NCBI GenBank assembly: GCA_963717465.1
Contig: OY970340.1
Coordinates: 2,240,001 to 2,304,000 of the forward strand
Length of the DNA: 64,000 nt
From: Candidatus Bathyarchaeota archaeon
GTDB lineage: Archaea; Thermoproteota; Bathyarchaeia; Bathyarchaeales; Bathycorpusculaceae
Reading direction: 5' to 3'
The notes beneath the pieces are model-generated. The model searched no databases. It had not been told where the DNA came from and saw only the letters and a program-made list of their open reading frames with translations. Shown here in pieces: positions 1 to 10,487 of the stretch; the stretch's first letter is position 1; each line of letters begins with the position of its first letter. A program made the position numbers and the translations under genes.

Positions 1-1219
1 ACTTCTTAAATTCGTCCCATTCAGTTACGACAATGCATGCATTTGCATCTTTGATACATTCAAGCGTGGATTTAGCATAATTAATTTTTTTGTCAAAAAT
101 TTTTTTCGCGACAGGTATGGCTACGGGGTCGTAAGCTATTACGTTGGCACCTTCTTTCAGTAACTGGTTTATTATGGGTATAACTCTTGCTTCTCTCATA
201 TCATCTGTGTCAGGTTTAAAGGCTAAACCTAAAAGTGCAATATTCTTGCCTTTAAGGTTGCCTAGTTGTTCTTTACAGAGTTGAACAGCCTTTAAAGGTT
301 GAGTTTTATTAACGCTTTCCGTAGATTCCAAGAGTTCAGGGATATAACCAAAAGCTTTTGAGCAGGCTATTAACGCTTTTACATCTTTCGGAAAGCATGA
401 ACCGCCATAGCCTAAGCCTGCATCCAAAAAGAGCGGCCCTATGCGCTTATCCAGCCCCATAGCGGTTGCAACGACTTTGACATCTGCTTCAGGAATTTTT
501 TCACACATGTTGGCTATGGTGTTTATAAAGCTGATTTTGGTTGCCAGCATTGCGTTGCTAGCATATTTTATAAGTTCAGCAGTGGACAGGGTCGTTCTAA
601 TAAGCGGAGGCACATTGGATTGGTAAAAGTCTTTGTATAATTCTTCAAGAGCATCACCTGACTTCGCATCGTATGATCCAATAACTACTCGGTCGGCATT
701 TAATGTATCTTGAAAGGCTGAGCCTTGTCGAAGGAATTCCGGGTTCATGCATAACCCAAAATCTTCGCCGCATTTCTTTTTTGATTCCTTTTCGAGTATG
801 GGTTTTACTTTGCCTTGTGTTGTTCCAGGTACGACTGTGCTTTTGATTACAGTCACATGATAAGTTTTCTTTTCCTTGATTGCCTTGCCTATATCGTGTG
901 CTGCAGATTCTATGTATTGAAGGTTTATGCTGCCGTCGGGTTGGCTTGGTGTTCCAACAGCTACAAAAGTTAAATCTGTCTCTCGGATAGCCTTTTCAGT
1001 TTGATTCGTCAAGCACTTAAAATTGTTCTTTCGAAGGCTGTCATGCAATTTCTGTTGCAGACCTGGTTCGTAGAATGGAGGAAAGCCCTGATTAATTTTC
1101 TCTACTTTCTCATTATCGACATCGGAAGCCACGACTTTATAGCCTTTGCTTGCTAAGCCAACAGCCGTGCACAATCCTACATAGCCTACGCCGATAACTG
1201 ATATAATTGGTTTTTCCAA
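1..1219 (-). CDS. ugd: UDP-glucose/GDP-mannose 6-dehydrogenase (3' end runs off window)
   Basis: Not in the ORF track. Manual translation from TTG at 1219 gives MEKPIISVIGVGYVGL (GxGxxG), FVAVGTP, KSTVVPGT, MNPEFLRQG, GLGYGGSCFPKD (catalytic Cys) and LGLAFKPDTDDMRE. Confidence 0.93.
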   Translation of the reverse strand, partial: MEKPIISVIGVGYVGLCTAVGLASKGYKVVASDVDNEKVEKINQGFPPFYEPGLQQKLHDSLRKNNFKCLTNQTEKAIRETDLTFVAVGTPSQPDGSINLQYIESAAHDIGKAIKEKKTYHVTVIKSTVVPGTTQGKVKPILEKESKKKCGEDFGLCMNPEFLRQGSAFQDTLNADRVVIGSYDAKSGDALEELYKDFYQSNVPPLIRTTLSTAELIKYASNAMLATKISFINTIANMCEKIPEADVKVVATAMGLDKRIGPLFLDAGLGYGGSCFPKDVKALIACSKAFGYIPELLESTESVNKTQPLKAVQLCKEQLGNLKGKNIALLGLAFKPDTDDMREARVIPIINQLLKEGANVIAYDPVAIPVAKKIFDKKINYAKSTLECIKDANACIVVTEWDEFKK

Positions 1220-1260
1220 GTTAAAACCATCTTTGAAATTTGTGATTCATGTATGTATAG

Positions 1261-1274
1261 GGTTAAATATAACC
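1261..1274. promoter_or_regulatory. Palindromic AT-rich element (GGTTA-AATA-TAACC) in the divergent ugd/galU intergenic region; possible bidirectional TATA or operator
   Basis: Inverted repeat centred about 45 nt from both divergent start codons. Confidence 0.4.
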
Positions 1275-1316
1275 TTAATTTAATCAGAATCTAAATAAAA
1301 AAGAGCGATTGAAGAC

Positions 1317-2186
1317 ATGGTGAACAAAGTCATAATTCCAGCTGCTGGATTGGGGACTCGTTTATTTCCTGCTACCAAAGAGCAGCCCAAAGAGATGCTT
1401 CCTATTTTTACCACAAGTGCAAACGGTGATTTATTAGTGAAGCCTGTCGTGCAATTAGTGTTTGAGCAGTTGCATGAAGCTGGGTTTAAAGAGTTTTGCT
1501 TTATTGTTGGCCGAGGGAAAAGAGGTATAGAAGACCATTTTACTCCTGATGCTGCTTGCGTCCGGAATTTGGAAGGCATGGGGAAAAATGGGCAAGCTAT
1601 GGATTTAGAAAATTTTTATAGAAAGCTTAGTTCGTCGACTGTTATGTGGGTGAATCAACCCGAAGCTAAGGGTTTTGGTAATGCCGTTTTGATGGCTCAG
1701 CCTTTCGTGCAGAACGAAAAATGTTTAGTGCATGCTGGAGATAGCTGCATTATTTCCAAGGACATGGATTACATTAAGAAGCTTTTGGATGCCTATGAAA
1801 AATTCAAAGCTGATGCCGCCTTTCTCGTTCTTGAAATTAAAAATCCACGAGAATATGGAATTGTTGAAGGCGATGAGATTGAGGAAGGAATTTTCAAAGT
1901 AAGAGCGATCGTTGAGAAGCCTGGAAAGCCAAAAACTAACCTAGCCGTTATTGCCGTTTACGTTTTTAACCCCATAATTTTTAAGGCTTTAGAAGCCACT
2001 AAACCTGGAAGAAATGGCGAAATCCAGTTAACTGATGCTATTCAAAAGCTCATAGAATGGGGATTAGGTGTTTACGCGGTTAAATTGGATAAGAATTATT
2101 CACATTTAGATATTGGCAGTCCTGAAAGGTATTGGGAAGCTTTAGAATTATCATACGAGAAGTTTTGCAAGAGGCCTCAGCAGTGA
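1317..2186 (+). CDS. galU: UTP--glucose-1-phosphate uridylyltransferase
   Basis: IIPAAGLGTRLFPATKEQPKEMLP, IVEKP and GEIQLTDAI motifs. Confidence 0.92.
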   Translation: MVNKVIIPAAGLGTRLFPATKEQPKEMLPIFTTSANGDLLVKPVVQLVFEQLHEAGFKEFCFIVGRGKRGIEDHFTPDAACVRNLEGMGKNGQAMDLENFYRKLSSSTVMWVNQPEAKGFGNAVLMAQPFVQNEKCLVHAGDSCIISKDMDYIKKLLDAYEKFKADAAFLVLEIKNPREYGIVEGDEIEEGIFKVRAIVEKPGKPKTNLAVIAVYVFNPIIFKALEATKPGRNGEIQLTDAIQKLIEWGLGVYAVKLDKNYSHLDIGSPERYWEALELSYEKFCKRPQQ

Positions 2187-3214
2187 TAGACGACATAATT
2201 AGGTCAGATATTGAAAAAATAAAAAATAATATACGGATTAAGTTCTTCGCAAAAAAAAGTGCTCTTGTTACGGGTGGAGCAGGGTTTATTGGTAGTTGGC
2301 TTTGTGATGTTCTGTTAGGCTGCGGAGCAGAAGTTACCGTCGTGGATGATTTTTCAACGGGAAGATTGAAAAACATTGATCATTTAACGAGTGATCCGAA
2401 GTTCAAGCTAGTGAAGGCTGATGTTTGCGACTTTAAGAGTAAAGAAAAGTTTGACATTATTTTTCATATGGCTGGTCACGCTTCACCTGATGAATACCAA
2501 GCGCATCCAATTGAAACTTTGCGAACCAGCGCTTTAGGTAGCTTTGGCATGGCAGAATTAGCGAAAAAGAATGATGCAATATTGCTGTTTGCTTCGACTT
2601 CAGAAGTTTATGGTGATACTGAAGTTATTCCTACGCCTGAGAATTATTGGGGAAAGGTGAATCCTGTTGGACCAAGGTCCTGCTATGATGAAGGGAAACG
2701 GTTTGCTGAGGCTTTGCTTATGGCTTATGAGAAACAGTACGGTTTAGATGTTAGGGTTCCAAGAATTTTTAATTCTTATGGTCCACGACTACGTGAGGAC
2801 GGATTATATGGAAGAGCTATGTCACGATTTATTTTGCAAGCGTCAACTAATCAACCAATAACTGTTTACGGCGATGGCAAGCAGACTCGTTCTTTTTGCT
2901 ATATTACAGACACCGTAACCGGGTTAATGGCACTAGTCGGAAGCTCAAAAGCTAAGGGTGAGATTGTAAACATTGGAAATTCGAAAGAAGTTGCTATTTT
3001 TGAACTAGCACGCAAAATCAAGGAAACAACAAAATCCAAATCCGCAATAGATTTCCTTCCGCTTCCTAAGGATGACCCTAAAAGACGATGCCCAGACACC
3101 AAAAAGCTAGAGCACCTCGTCGACTGGAAACCAAATATTAGCCTTGAAGAAGGGCTAAAGAGAACTGTTGATTGGTTTTCGCAGAATCAATTTGATGCCA
3201 AACCTATAAAGTAA
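2183..3214 (+). CDS. uxs: UDP-glucuronate decarboxylase (UDP-xylose synthase), extended SDR
   Basis: VTGGAGFIGS, ASTSEVYGD, YWGKVNPVGPRSCYDEGKR, YGDGKQTRSFCY and DDPKRRCPD. GTG start at 2183 overlaps the galU stop (GTGA). Confidence 0.9.
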   Translation: MIDDIIRSDIEKIKNNIRIKFFAKKSALVTGGAGFIGSWLCDVLLGCGAEVTVVDDFSTGRLKNIDHLTSDPKFKLVKADVCDFKSKEKFDIIFHMAGHASPDEYQAHPIETLRTSALGSFGMAELAKKNDAILLFASTSEVYGDTEVIPTPENYWGKVNPVGPRSCYDEGKRFAEALLMAYEKQYGLDVRVPRIFNSYGPRLREDGLYGRAMSRFILQASTNQPITVYGDGKQTRSFCYITDTVTGLMALVGSSKAKGEIVNIGNSKEVAIFELARKIKETTKSKSAIDFLPLPKDDPKRRCPDTKKLEHLVDWKPNISLEEGLKRTVDWFSQNQFDAKPIK

Positions 3215-3484
3215 TTAGCAACAACAAAGTTTCTCACGAAAACCCTTTTCATAGATTTGACATTTAATTAACTAATTTAAGTTGATTTCTTTTAACAATT
3301 CGTTCTATAAAAATGAAGCACGTTGTTCAAACACTGACTGCTTTAATTTTTTCCTCTATATTAATAGAACTGCGAAATTATAGAATAAGCTTTTTTACAA
3401 GAGATTTGTAAGGACAGCATCATTAGAAGCTTCATGTAAATATTAGGCTTGCACAAAAAAGAATAAGCGGAAAATAAAGTTTCA

Positions 3485-6400
3485 TTAATTACTGCTTTCT
3501 TTATCAGTATTTACAGAATTCGAGTTCTTTTCCGTTTCTTTGCGCTTTTTTGGTCTTTTCGCATTAGGTCTTTGTGGAGAGGGAGTAGCTCGTTTACCTA
3601 CAGTGGACCCTGATGGAGATGGAGTAACTCGTTTACCTACAGTCGATGGAGTAGCTCGTTCATCTCCAGTGGACCCCGATGGAGATGGAGTGTCTTGTTG
3701 TTCATTTTCTTCGTACCTTTTTGATATGTTGTTGGCTACTTTTTGGTTTTCAGGGTTTGCTTGCTTTTGTACTTGCACTATTTTTAGTGCTAATTTTGTG
3801 TTTTTGTTTTTTCTGTTTTTCAGTACTTTATAAAGCGCTATTGCTAGAATTATCAGTATTAGAATAGCCACGATTAGGCCTGCTTCAACGTAAGCCATGG
3901 TTTGCTGTGATGCAGGGGTGGTGAATATTATGCTTACTTCGTGTGTGCTGAAATGTGTTGTGTACCATACGTAGAAGTTGCCATTGTCTTGGCTGTAGCC
4001 TTGGTTTTGAGCTTTTTGGCCGTCAATGTAGACTACCGGTGTTGTTCCGTATGGTATTGCAGTTTGAGGGAGGGTTATGTTGATGAAGCCGTTCGTTCCG
4101 CTCGAGCCTGTTATTGTAAAGGTTATTACGGTTGTTTCATTTCCTTGGCTTGCCGTGATTGTCATGTTGGAGATTTGTTGTGCGGTTACGTTTCCACTGA
4201 TTCCTATGCTATAAGTGGCATTGATTGCAGGTTCGATTGCTGTTAATGTTGCTTGGTTAACCGACAGAGTAGCGGTGCAGGTTTTTGAATCATAAGTACC
4301 TGTAATTGTCCATGTTCCAGCATTCTCTGAAGTGTATGTATTATTGCTCCATGAACCTCCAGCGTTTAGGCTTATGCTCCAAGATGTGGAGGAAGTTATG
4401 TTCCAGGTGTTACCGTAGGTATCGTTAGCGATAGCTGTGTATGTTTGTGTGTTGCCAGCTGTGATAGTTGAGCTGTCAGGTGAAATTGTAATATTAATTG
4501 CGGCTGCATGGTTTACTGTTAAGGAAGTTGAGACATTGGCAACGCCTGGGTATGTGGCTGTAACGGTGTAGATTCCAGCAACTGTTTCGTTAACGGAGTT
4601 GCCACTTATTGTGCTATTGTTAATGCTAAAGGAAGCGTTGATGGAACCTAAACTGTTACCGTAAAGGTCCCAGCCTTCAGCAGTGTAAGTTTGAGATATG
4701 CCAGATGTGATATTTGCATATGTTGGACTTATTGTTATATGATCAAGAGTTCCAGCAGTCACCGTTAATGTTGATGTTGAGGTGAGGCTCTGATATGTTG
4801 CGGTGACGACATACGTGCCAGCTGCAGTCTCGTACACAGAGTTGCTATTGACGCTGCTACCGTTGACACTATAAGTCGCGGCAACAACGCCTAAGTAGTT
4901 GCCATACTGGTCATATGCTGTTGCTGTGTAGGTTTTGGAGTTGCCAGCTGTTATGCTTGCTTGAAGTGGACTAATTGTTATATAATTTAACGTGCTTGGG
5001 CTGACTGTAAAAGTGTTGCTTGTTCCGTTATATGGTCCAGTTGACACAAACAGAGTTACATTATTGCCGGTCTGTTGTTACTGTAACAGTGCCTGTCCAA
5101 ACTCCATCTGTGAAACCGCCAGTAGTGGTAGTTGGGTTAATGGATCCTGCGGAATAGGTCAAAGTTGGAGTGCCAGTGTAACTTGTGACGGTGTTTCCAT
5201 CGGCGTCAAGGGCTGTAATTGTTATATTGAACGATGTACCGGCTGACTTGGTCACTTATCGTACTTATAGTAAAGTGATCTAGTGGCGTTGATTCGAAAT
5301 CTGCTGTTATTGTACCTGCTTGGTTTATTGTTACTGTTGTTGATGCCATGGCTGTATTTGTAACTGGTCCGGCGGTGCTTGACCATGATGAGAACAGGTA
5401 GCCCTTGTTTGGGACAGCGGATATGTTAAGGGAGCCAGCGTTTTCCCATACGCTTGTGCCCGTAGGAGTTGTTGTGCCGCTTCCTAAAGGATTAACGTTG
5501 AATGTTATTTGGTATTGGGTTTGCCAAGTTGCGTTGACTGTTTTTGGGCTGTTCATTGTTATGCTGCTGCTTTGAGCGTAATTAGTTCCAGAAGCGTCGT
5601 CAGTCCAGCTTACGAATACGTATTGGGTGCCTGTGGTCCCAGCGGCTGTTCCTGAATTGAGCTGCGCATAGGCGGTTGAGCCGCTTATGTACCATCCATT
5701 GCCATTTACCGTGCCGTAGGCTGAATTGACTGTTAGATAGTATTGATGGGCCCAAGAAGCGGTCTCGTTGATTGGAGCATTCATTGTTATTGAAGCAGGA
5801 TTGTCTACTCCTGAATAGCTGCCTGAGCCTGTTCCAGTCCATCCATTAAAAACATATTGTTCGCCAGAACCTGGTGATGGAGAGGTAGCTGTGATATTCA
5901 GAGTTGAGCTAGCGTTAACCCAGCCGCTGCTTGGACTTACTGTGCCAAAGTTCTCGTTTACTGTAAGGCAGTATTGCGTTTGCCAACTTGCAGTTTCCTT
6001 AATTGGGTTGTTCATGGTTACTGATTGAGAGCTGCTTGTACCGCTGTAAGAACCAGTTCCGGAACCGCCCCAAGATGTGAACGTGTACTGGATGCCTGTT
6101 CCTCCTGATACAGGGGTTGTTACTGAAAAGCTTGCTGTTGAGCCTGCATTGTACCAATTTTGACCTGTTGGGCTTCCATAAGATGAATTCACAGTAAGGT
6201 AATACTGCTTCGTGTAAGCCGTTGAGTCGCCTGAAGAAGCGCTGCTAATCGTTCCAGTGTTAGTGGAAGTAATGAACTGCTCATTCGTTAAGCCCGCAAC
6301 AGTAGTTGACCAAGTGTACGTGGCCCCACTGTTCTCCCAAGCCGTCAAGGAGTCGCCGCTGAAGCTGCTGTAAGTGTAAGTGTTAGAACCAAGCGTCAAA

Positions 6401-7980
6401 ACAGTGTTAGATCCAGCATCACTCGTCAAACCAGACTCCGTGAAAGTCACCTTATACTGAGTCGCGTAAGTAGCCGTAACCGTTCCCGCTGCGGTAACAG
6501 TAAAAGTATTGCCCTGCAAAGTCTGACCAAGACCACTATTAGAAGACCAAACATACTGAATAGCTGAAGGCGAACCAGAGGAAGCAACAGGACTCTGATA
6601 AGCAAACGTCACAGAACTACCATTGTTAATCCAACCGGAAGTATAAGACACAGAAACAGCGCTCCCACCAATCTGAAGAATCGACGTTGCAGAAGCATCA
6701 CCTAAAACATTACTAGAAGCAGTGAAAGTCACCTTAAACTGATGATTATATGTGAAGGTCAAAAAGCCGCCTGTAGCAGTAGGCGAAGAAGCTCCAACAG
6801 TACCTGATGCAGGCTGGGACGAATACCACTGTTCACTAGACCCAGAACCGCCCAGAGGATTGGTAACACTCCAGCTTTCACCACCATCAAGCCAATAAGT
6901 AACCAAACTTGTGGTAAGCGTAGTCGTATTGGATGAACCGAACTGCGTGGAAGTCAAGATTGGCGCGGAGTATCCTGAGCCACCTCCAGAAATAGAGTAA
7001 TCCAGCTGGAAATAGTATTGATGATAATATATAGGGTCAGCTGAAACGGAACCTGACATGACGGATGGAATTACGGTGTAAGTGCTGTTGTCAGATGCGT
7101 CAATCATGTATTGCTCATTGCTAGAAACCTCAATTGGAGATGTAAAGTTGACAGATGTACCTGCATCAACCCAGTCGCTGGCTGCGGAAAGCACGCCATA
7201 AGTGCCAGTCGACGACAACTCCATCAGGTTGTTAAACTGTGTGTAATTGACCAAATCAAGCGTGCTCGGAAGAGTTGTTCCATCATTGGTAGTGTAAGCG
7301 AACGAAACCATGAATTGATCATAATAAACAGGGGTTAATGTCGTGTCATTGGTCGCTGTTCCGCTTAACGCGTTTGTGCCTGTACCATTGGGGTCTGCTG
7401 TCCACTGCTCAGAAGAATTAGCATATGCTATCTGAGTAAGCGACCAAGCAGTATCAGGCGTAACCTCATAAGTTGCGGATGTTGTTGTGAGAGAAACTGT
7501 GGTTTGATTCCCAGTAGTATTATCGTAATAAGTGAATGTGGGTGAGGTCGGCGGTGTTGTAAGATCATTTACAGAATAGTTCACAGTAAACAAATAGTAC
7601 TGTTGGTCTGTAAATGTTGTTTTGGCGGTGTCTACTCCGTCTGTGGCGGTTATGCTGTAGAGTGGGGCGCCTTCCTTGTCTATTTGGTAGGTTGTCACGA
7701 AGCTTCCGTTTGTGCTTGAGATGGCTGTCCAGCTTGTAGTATTATTATCTGATAGTTTTGTAACATTTAGGGCTATGTCGCTGTTGGGTAGGAAGCCTGT
7801 TCCGTATATGGTTACGATTTGTCCAGGGTTATAGTCTGCTTTGTCTGTCCATATTCTTGGGGACACTGCTGAATTGGCCGAAATAGAAGAAGCAGAACTT
7901 GCTTTGGCGCATCCAACTATTATCAGTATAATTGTTACGCAAACGAGTACTGTTGTTAGAAATATTTTTTGATTATTCAT
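3485..7980 (-). CDS. Large modular cell-surface glycoprotein: signal peptide, Ser/Thr-rich beta-sandwich repeats, Ig-like repeats, C-terminal TM anchor and basic tail; split into 3 ORFs by indels near 5250 and 5055
   Basis: ORFs 5206-7980, 5061-5255 and 3485-5047 join into a sequence collinear with the paralog at 13313-17035 (QVAGxSFxITITAxDAxGNTVTxYxGTPTLxYSAGSI). N-terminal hydrophobic signal, many NxS/T sequons, TM segment AGLIVAILILIILAIAL. Confidence 0.8.
3577..3693. repeat. Short imperfect coding tandem repeat (TPSPSGSTVGKRA-like units) in the cytoplasmic tail
   Basis: Recurrent GGAGTA(G/A)CTCGTT(T)ACCTACAGT and GGACCC(T/C)GATGGAGATGGAGT units. Confidence 0.8.
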
Positions 7981-8121
7981 ATGTCTTTATCTTCTATTTT
8001 TTGTCGATTTGTTTTATCATTTCGGGCGATTTGTTTATTCGATGCAGCAGTATTGGTTAATTTACGGGGTTTAACTGCGGCGAATTAGGAGCTACTATCC
8101 GAAGCTACATAACAAAATGTG

Positions 8122-9416
8122 TCAAGTTTTCGTAAACAACCTTGCAATTAAATCTATAAGCTGTTTATCATCGTTCTTGGCGGCTAACCGCAAATTTTCC
8201 ACAATGGGCAAATACGTTTGCTTTAACAAAATAGAGGTCATGTCCTCAAGAATCTTTTTTTCTCTCTCGCTCACAGTACCAATCATGTTTAAGGCAGTTG
8301 AAAGTTCTCTTTGCCTAATTACTTCAGCCTGTGAAAGCAGTTCTGAAATGATAAGTCTCACAGAAAGACTTTTTACATCCTGATCAATTTTTACGAGCTC
8401 CTCATCCAAAATTATGGCCGCGCTTGTCGATGCTTTTCATCCTTTCCATCTTATTCTTTTCAGCAATAAGCTGGAGGTCGTCGATATTGAACAGTTTTAC
8501 AGCTTCAATTTCCTCAACAGATTTTTCAATGTTCCTAGGGACGGAAATATCGATAATTATTAGGTCCTTCTTGTTTGTGCGTTTTTTCATTATTTTCAAA
8601 ACGTCATCTTTATACAATAAGTAATTCGGTCTCGAAGTAGCGCAAACAACCAAATCAGCATCCATTAGAACTTTTTCAAACTGATCAAGCTTCACCGCCC
8701 TGCCAGAAACATCCTTTGCCAATTCTACAGCCCGCTCATAAGTCCGGCTCGCAATAAAGATTGGGCTCTGGCAACGCCGTGCTAAGGATTTTGCAACCAG
8801 AGTTCCCATTTCTCCAGCGCCTAAAACCAAGATTTTTTCATCATTCAAGCTGCCATATAAATTGGCAGCCAATTCAACGGCTGCTCCTCCAACTGAAACA
8901 GCACCTTTGCTTATGCCTGTTTCAGTCCTGACACGCCTGCCAACGGACATTGAACGGTTAAACAGGTACTCTAAAACTGGACCAGTCGTTTTAGCCTTTT
9001 CCGCTTCTAGGTAAGCAAGCCATACCTGATTGATAACTTGCTCTTCACCAATAATCATGGATTCCAAACCTGAAGTTACTCGTAAAAGATGATTGATTGC
9101 CTCCTTATCAATTGAAATCTCGATGGCAGATGGCAATTCTTCAGTGTGTTCTTCAGTTCTCTTCAATAAAAAATCCTTTACTCTACTAGTCTACGTTGTC
9201 TGTATTCTCGGTTACAAGGTAGATTTCCATTCGGTTACATGTTTGAATAATTAGGCATTCTTCCACGTTTTCAAAGGAACGAATCTCGTCGAGTGCTTTT
9301 TTCTTGTCTTCAAAAGCTATAGCTTCTCTTAATTGAAGGCAAGCTGATTTATGAGTTATCCTGATGTTGACTATGTGATCGATTTTCGGTAGTGAATTCA
9401 TGGTTGCATACACCAA
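8122..9416 (-). CDS. hemA: Glutamyl-tRNA reductase, split by indels near 9188 and 8405
   Basis: IQTCNRMEIY (catalytic Cys), HLLRVTSGLESMIIGEEQVINQV, GRRVRTETGISKGAVSV, GAGEMG, DISVPRNIE and a C-terminal dimerisation helix. Confidence 0.9.
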
Positions 9417-10487
9417 TCGGCGGAAATATAAGCTTTATTTCAATAGTTGACTGTATAACAAGTGTTCTCAAGGCTAGAATTACAAGTGATTTTTATAGAA
9501 AATTCAAGAATGCTTTTCACGTGTAATAGTTTTCGGGTCTAAGGATCAATTGGGGCTGCTGAGAAACTTGGGGTTTAATTGCTTATGAAGCATTGTTTGG
9601 TTTAGGCTATAATGTTTCTGCGAGTTTTTGGGTGGTATAGTTTGTGTGGTTGGTGGTTGTTTCTGGTTTTGCAGTATGGAATTTTGAACTTTTTTATGGT
9701 CATGGGTAGTATTGTTTGAACTTTCTGCATGTTGAAGAAGCGGTTTAGGGTTATTTGTCGGTAGCTAATTAGTTACTAATTAGTTTTCTGTGGTTAAGGT
9801 TTGCTTTTTTATGGTTTTTTGAAGTGGATTGTTTTGGATTTTGGGGGTGTGCTTGTTTGTTAGGGGTGGAGGGGGTGTTTGTGGTCTTTGGGGATGCTGG
9901 GTGGTTTTGAGATGCAGACGGATAGTTTGCTTAGTGATGGTGTTTAGACGTTGAAGGGTTGCATGTAGTGTATGTTTGCGGTTATTGAGCAGTTTGGCTA
10001 CGGTGGCTGGCGGCGTGGGAGAGGTTATGGATATCGTTGGATGGTTGAGTCGGCGTTTTTGTGTGTTTGAGTGGATGTTTAGAGAATTCATTTGTGCGGT
10101 GAAGTGGTTAAATATCGTTATGGAGTTATTGCTTAAGGCTTGCAATTTACAAGCTTTTTATGAAAATGAGCTTAATCTGGGCTCAGAACAGGAAAGCAGT
10201 AGCGGAATGTGTAAGAATCTAGCTAAGGTAACTTTCGGTTATTCACTAATCAGAGGTAACGAAAAGGAGATGAAGAATGGATGAGGCGTTGAAATTTTAT
10301 GAAGTATCGGCGATAGTTTTAGTGTTGCATTATTTTTTGATTGTGGAAGAGGATGTTTATTTGAGTGAATTTAGGAATTTTAGGATAACCCCGTTTTTGC
10401 ATCGGTGGTTTGTCTGTTGAATAAGCGTTAGTTAGCTTGAGTTTTTTTTAAGAGTGCGGTGATTAAAAAAAGAGGAGAAGCTTGTGT

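Noticed and set aside
9183..9188. Tandem TAG codons in hemA as pyrrolysine read-through
   Set aside because: The downstream hemA sequence is in a different frame; removing one base restores the frame. No pyl genes in the window.
9780..10284. ORFs 9780-10145 (-) and 9976-10284 (+) as genes
   Set aside because: Their composition reflects nucleotide skew; no recognisable motifs.
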